Shown one piece after another: positions 15,449 through 18,884 of a stretch of 18,884 nt of DNA. The position numbers and the translations under genes are program-made. The first letter of the stretch is position 1; every line of letters starts with the position of its first letter. The notes under the pieces were generated by a model. The model was given only the letters and a program-made list of their open reading frames with translations. It did no database searches and was not told the origin of the DNA. Source of the stretch: an uncultured Alphaproteobacteria bacterium (GTDB lineage Bacteria; Pseudomonadota; Alphaproteobacteria; Rs-D84); NCBI GenBank assembly GCA_944392815.1, contig CALXXY010000010.1, forward strand, positions 1-18,884. Direction: 5' to 3'.

Positions 15449-15480
15449 ATTAAATTTCTGTATTTAAATGTATTTTTCCT

Positions 15481-15508
15481 TTGTCAGATTGTGATTTTAT
15501 GTTATACT
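15481..15508 (+). promoter_or_regulatory. Putative sigma70 promoter for the large Cys-rich gene
   Basis: TTGTCA-16 nt-TATACT with TG extended -10; GGAG RBS at 15523-15526. Confidence 0.55.
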
Positions 15509-15534
15509 TAATCAATAAGTATGGAGTGAGTCGA

Positions 15535-18500
15535 ATGAACTTTCTGAAAAAAACGCTTGGTTTTCTGGCTGTTTGCAGTATTGTGCCCGCGGCATATGCA
15601 TTGACTGCGCGTCCCAGTGTTATAAACACGGTGACAACCGCGTCGCGTCGACTGCCAACAATGACGGCTTATTTAACGAGTTCTGGCACAACAACCGGTT
15701 CAACGTCGAACCTGTTGGATAACGCCGAATGTATCGATGCATACACATCGTGCCTGCATGGCGCGGACGTTTGTGGCCCTAATTTCGAGGAATGCACCAC
15801 AGACGTTTTATTCCACGGTCAAATGCCAAAATGTTTAAGCACGCTGGCCCAGTGTTCTGCATCTGGTATTAATGCGTTGTTTGGAACATCAAACACAACG
15901 GCGTTGGGAAATGTTGCCGCGCGTAATTCGTATGACGAAATCACCGACTATGTATATCCAACCGACGGCAGTGTTTTGGGGCAAATGATTGCCGGTGCCG
16001 CAATTTCGAATATGTACAGCACATCTGACTGTGTGCGTCGCTATACAACATGTTTGCAGCGCGACAATGTTTGCGGTGCGGATTTCGAATTGTGCACAAC
16101 AAACACAGAATTCAGAAAACAGAAAGTATATTGCGATTCCACCCTGGCACGTTGCCAGTCCGATGGCAAAATCGAATTGTTTGGGTCAACAAATACAACG
16201 GTTAACCCCGCCGCCGACAGCCGTGTTGGCGTCATGATTGCCGAGGGCGCAGCCCTGGCCGCGGTTAACGCTGTGTCCACCTGCTACAAGGTTGCAGACC
16301 AATGTATCCTGAACGCATGTGCCCAAAACCCATATAAATGTTACGAGGACGCAACCGTCAGCACAATCAACCTGGTTGATGCGATTAATTCCGGTTCTGC
16401 GGTTGACGCGGCAACAACTGAAATCACGGTTGACACCAATTCCAGTTCTGCTGTGCAATCGTACATCAGAAATGCGTGCCTGGACACAATCGGTTCGAAT
16501 AAATATTGCTATGCGACGTTCTTGGGCAATGGCGTAATGCCAACCGCTTCGCAATTAAGTGACGCCGATAACCAAGAAGACACTTTTGCCGAGGCATATT
16601 CCGCCCGCATGAATTCTTCTATGAAGGCGCGTATCACCGAATTAATCCAGGATTTTGACACCGATGCCAAATCCAACTGCGCCAACACCATTCAGTCATG
16701 CGCAATGCGTGTTTGCGGTGGTGGTTCGGGGGCTGCGTGCTATTCCCAGGTGTTTGGTGCCACGGATAAAACAATTAATAATTCTGTGTCATACAATGAA
16801 ATCAAAACCGGGTGCCAGGATATTGTGAATACCGACCCATATTGCAAATATGCGGCCGCAAATCCGAACGATGTCGGTGGTTATACATACACATATATTA
16901 ATAATAACGCATTTGACACACTGTTCCCGGAATACAGTTCCAGCAGTGGCGACCCAATTGGTGTAATTGCGGCATTGAATGCGTCTTTGGCCACCAGTTA
17001 CAGTGACGCGGCCATCGCGCAAATGCGCACCCAGTGCGAATCTGTGGCGAAAAGTTGCGTACGTTCCATGTGCGGTGAAGATTTCATGAATTGCTATCGC
17101 AACCGTACAGACGTGTATTCGTCATTGACCAACACGGGTTCATCATCGTTCGACAACAGCATGAACAAAGTCGGCGGTGTATTGGATTACACAGTTGTGT
17201 TGGGATTGTGCCTGGATACAGTTAAAAACGCCGACGTATGCCAGGAACACTTGGCGATTGAACAAAACAAATTGAAAATCGCGAATAATTCCACATCGTC
17301 CTGGGGCGCGGGCACAAACAGTGTTCGCCAGGGCTGGATAGACGCCGGTGCCGCGACCAACATTACTGAAAACCAGGTCCAGGCAACCGACGATAACGGC
17401 AATCTGCTGTGCACAGCCAGCGACGGCAGCCAGGGCGTATGCTATTCAGTGGACGCCAGTGGCCGTGTGTACGACACGCCGGTATATATGTCATATTCGA
17501 CATATGTCCAGAACCAGGCAGCGTCGACCCTGTTCCGTGATTTGATATACGATTTGGAAAAAGAAGCCCAGGCAATCTATAACAGCAAATTAACCCAGGA
17601 ACAAAATATGTGCCTGGCTGCGAACAGTGGCGGTATCATGGCGTCTGGTGATACTGGGGGTACATATATGTGGGTGAAATTGCGCGGCAAAAACGTTCCA
17701 AACGATTATACAATAATGGGATTGGGTCGTAATGATTTCGCCGCCAGCAACGAATTGTATGGTTCGTTCTGCAGCGTGCAAGTTCGCCTGCAATCCGATG
17801 ATGCGGATATCCAGAATGTCATGAACGGTGCAGATTGGGCAACCACATACTTTGCGGTTGGCGACGCATTCACCTGCGGCAGCTGGATACCGTCTAATGT
17901 ATTGGAGGATTTGGCCAATCAACATGCTGCCGATGAAACAGCGGGCATGGAGGAACGTCAGCTCACAACAGCACGCTGGCTGACAGCGCTGGGCGCATTG
18001 GGCAGTGGTGTTGGCGGCGCATTCTTGGGCAATGGTATACAAAAGGGCACTATCCTGGGTGGCCTGACAGGCAACAAGAAAGACACCAAAAACAGCCGCA
18101 CGTTGGCCGTGAATCGTATCGAAAGTACAAAAAGTTTGATGAACACGGGCGATTATCAGCAGGCGCAGACCTATATGACATCGGCGGCCTCTTCGGCCAA
18201 GGAATTGGGCGTGCCTGACGGTATTATTACCGCTGCTTCTGATGCTGTCACGGAATGGGCAAACGCATATCGTGCATATGAAAGCGAGACGAATACCACG
18301 AGGAAAAATGAAAAATACAACCAGGCCGAGTCCTTAAGAAACACCGCTGTTAATCGGTTGAATTCGTTGAAAACCGAATGCGAAAACTCGTCCGATTCCA
18401 ACGATGGTGACACATGGTGGAGCCGCAGTGGTGGCGCATTGGTTGGCAGTGTGGTGACTGCTGCGGCCGGGGGCGTCCTGGTGAACAGAGCCACGCGCGA

Positions 18501-18642
18501 TATTCAAAAGGCAAACCTGAGCAAAGCCGAACAAGAGGCCTATGACAAATTTATGAATGATGTTGGTAATCACATCAAATGCTATATCGGCCTGGATGCA
18601 GCCGGCCAATATGGCGACATCATAAGCGTCAGCATGGAATAA
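15535..18642 (+). CDS. Large secreted cysteine-rich repeat protein (~1035 aa) with C-terminal glycine-zipper segments
   Basis: Signal peptide MNFLKKTLGFLAVCSIVPAAYA; five 6-Cys modules; two Gly/Ala-rich hydrophobic segments near the C-terminus; own putative promoter and terminator. No family recognised. Confidence 0.85.
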   Translation: MNFLKKTLGFLAVCSIVPAAYALTARPSVINTVTTASRRLPTMTAYLTSSGTTTGSTSNLLDNAECIDAYTSCLHGADVCGPNFEECTTDVLFHGQMPKCLSTLAQCSASGINALFGTSNTTALGNVAARNSYDEITDYVYPTDGSVLGQMIAGAAISNMYSTSDCVRRYTTCLQRDNVCGADFELCTTNTEFRKQKVYCDSTLARCQSDGKIELFGSTNTTVNPAADSRVGVMIAEGAALAAVNAVSTCYKVADQCILNACAQNPYKCYEDATVSTINLVDAINSGSAVDAATTEITVDTNSSSAVQSYIRNACLDTIGSNKYCYATFLGNGVMPTASQLSDADNQEDTFAEAYSARMNSSMKARITELIQDFDTDAKSNCANTIQSCAMRVCGGGSGAACYSQVFGATDKTINNSVSYNEIKTGCQDIVNTDPYCKYAAANPNDVGGYTYTYINNNAFDTLFPEYSSSSGDPIGVIAALNASLATSYSDAAIAQMRTQCESVAKSCVRSMCGEDFMNCYRNRTDVYSSLTNTGSSSFDNSMNKVGGVLDYTVVLGLCLDTVKNADVCQEHLAIEQNKLKIANNSTSSWGAGTNSVRQGWIDAGAATNITENQVQATDDNGNLLCTASDGSQGVCYSVDASGRVYDTPVYMSYSTYVQNQAASTLFRDLIYDLEKEAQAIYNSKLTQEQNMCLAANSGGIMASGDTGGTYMWVKLRGKNVPNDYTIMGLGRNDFAASNELYGSFCSVQVRLQSDDADIQNVMNGADWATTYFAVGDAFTCGSWIPSNVLEDLANQHAADETAGMEERQLTTARWLTALGALGSGVGGAFLGNGIQKGTILGGLTGNKKDTKNSRTLAVNRIESTKSLMNTGDYQQAQTYMTSAASSAKELGVPDGIITAASDAVTEWANAYRAYESETNTTRKNEKYNQAESLRNTAVNRLNSLKTECENSSDSNDGDTWWSRSGGALVGSVVTAAAGGVLVNRATRDIQKANLSKAEQEAYDKFMNDVGNHIKCYIGLDAAGQYGDIISVSME

Positions 18643-18670
18643 AAAACGGGGCCCCGCCCCGTTTTTTATT
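18638..18670. terminator. Bidirectional-type intrinsic terminator
   Basis: Perfect 15-bp inverted repeat AATAAAAAACGGGGC-ccc-GCCCCGTTTTTTATT overlapping the stop codon. Confidence 0.88.
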
Positions 18671-18786
18671 AGAGTGTAGAGTGTAGATAATACCCACCGC
18701 CACACCGGGCCCCGCGCGACGTGTCGCGTGGGTGGCTAGGCCAGGGTGGTCAGAGAGTTCAAAAAAAACGCACTTAGTCCTTATAC

Positions 18787-18851
18787 TCTGTCATTCCCGC
18801 GCCCGGAGTCCCACACAATAAACATTCTGTCATTCCCGCGCAGGCGGGAAT
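18787..18851. repeat. dRS3/RPE-like palindromic repeat: one complete and one half copy
   Basis: TCTGTCATTCCCGCGC at 18787-18802 and 18826-18841; the second continues to a full ATTCCC-N8-GGGAAT (18832-18851). Confidence 0.7.
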
Positions 18852-18884
18852 AGGGCTTGGGTTGTTATAAGTTATTTAATTGGG

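Noticed and set aside
15481-15534. Longer ORF-track starts (15481; also 1514, 5543, 6263, 9076, 10918, 12087, 14444)
   Set aside because: Downstream ATGs fit RBSs, signal peptides, stop/start coupling or promoter positions better.
18787-18851. Possible CRISPR array remnant
   Set aside because: Only two 16-bp matches with a 39-bp period and no cas gene; better explained as a dRS3/REP-like palindrome.

Overview
This window looks like alphaproteobacterial chromosome, an inference from a DUF4167 protein, an alpha-type DnaX and a ZitP-like zinc-ribbon/DUF3426 protein. Housekeeping genes (rsmE, rluB, fabZ, lpxD, skp, dnaX, rluD) are interleaved with parts of surface or secretion machines normally seen on conjugative elements. 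(i) A VirD4/TraG coupling protein runs off the left edge on the minus strand and is missing from the supplied ORF track. (ii) A PilS-like type IV pilin and a degenerate OmpA lipoprotein sit directly behind dnaX. (iii) A divergent operon carries three tandem PilV(shufflon-constant-region)-like large minor pilins, a ZitP-like protein, a small secreted protein and rluD. (iv) A ~1035-aa secreted protein has five 6-cysteine modules and two glycine-zipper segments. I found no integrase, relaxase, Rci recombinase, VirB gene or pilus ATPase/secretin in the window. The best candidate for an undescribed system is a domesticated, chromosomal type IVb-like pilus with a possible heterotrimeric PilV-like tip. 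The right end carries a dRS3/RPE-like palindromic repeat. All family calls come from motif recognition by eye, not database searches.
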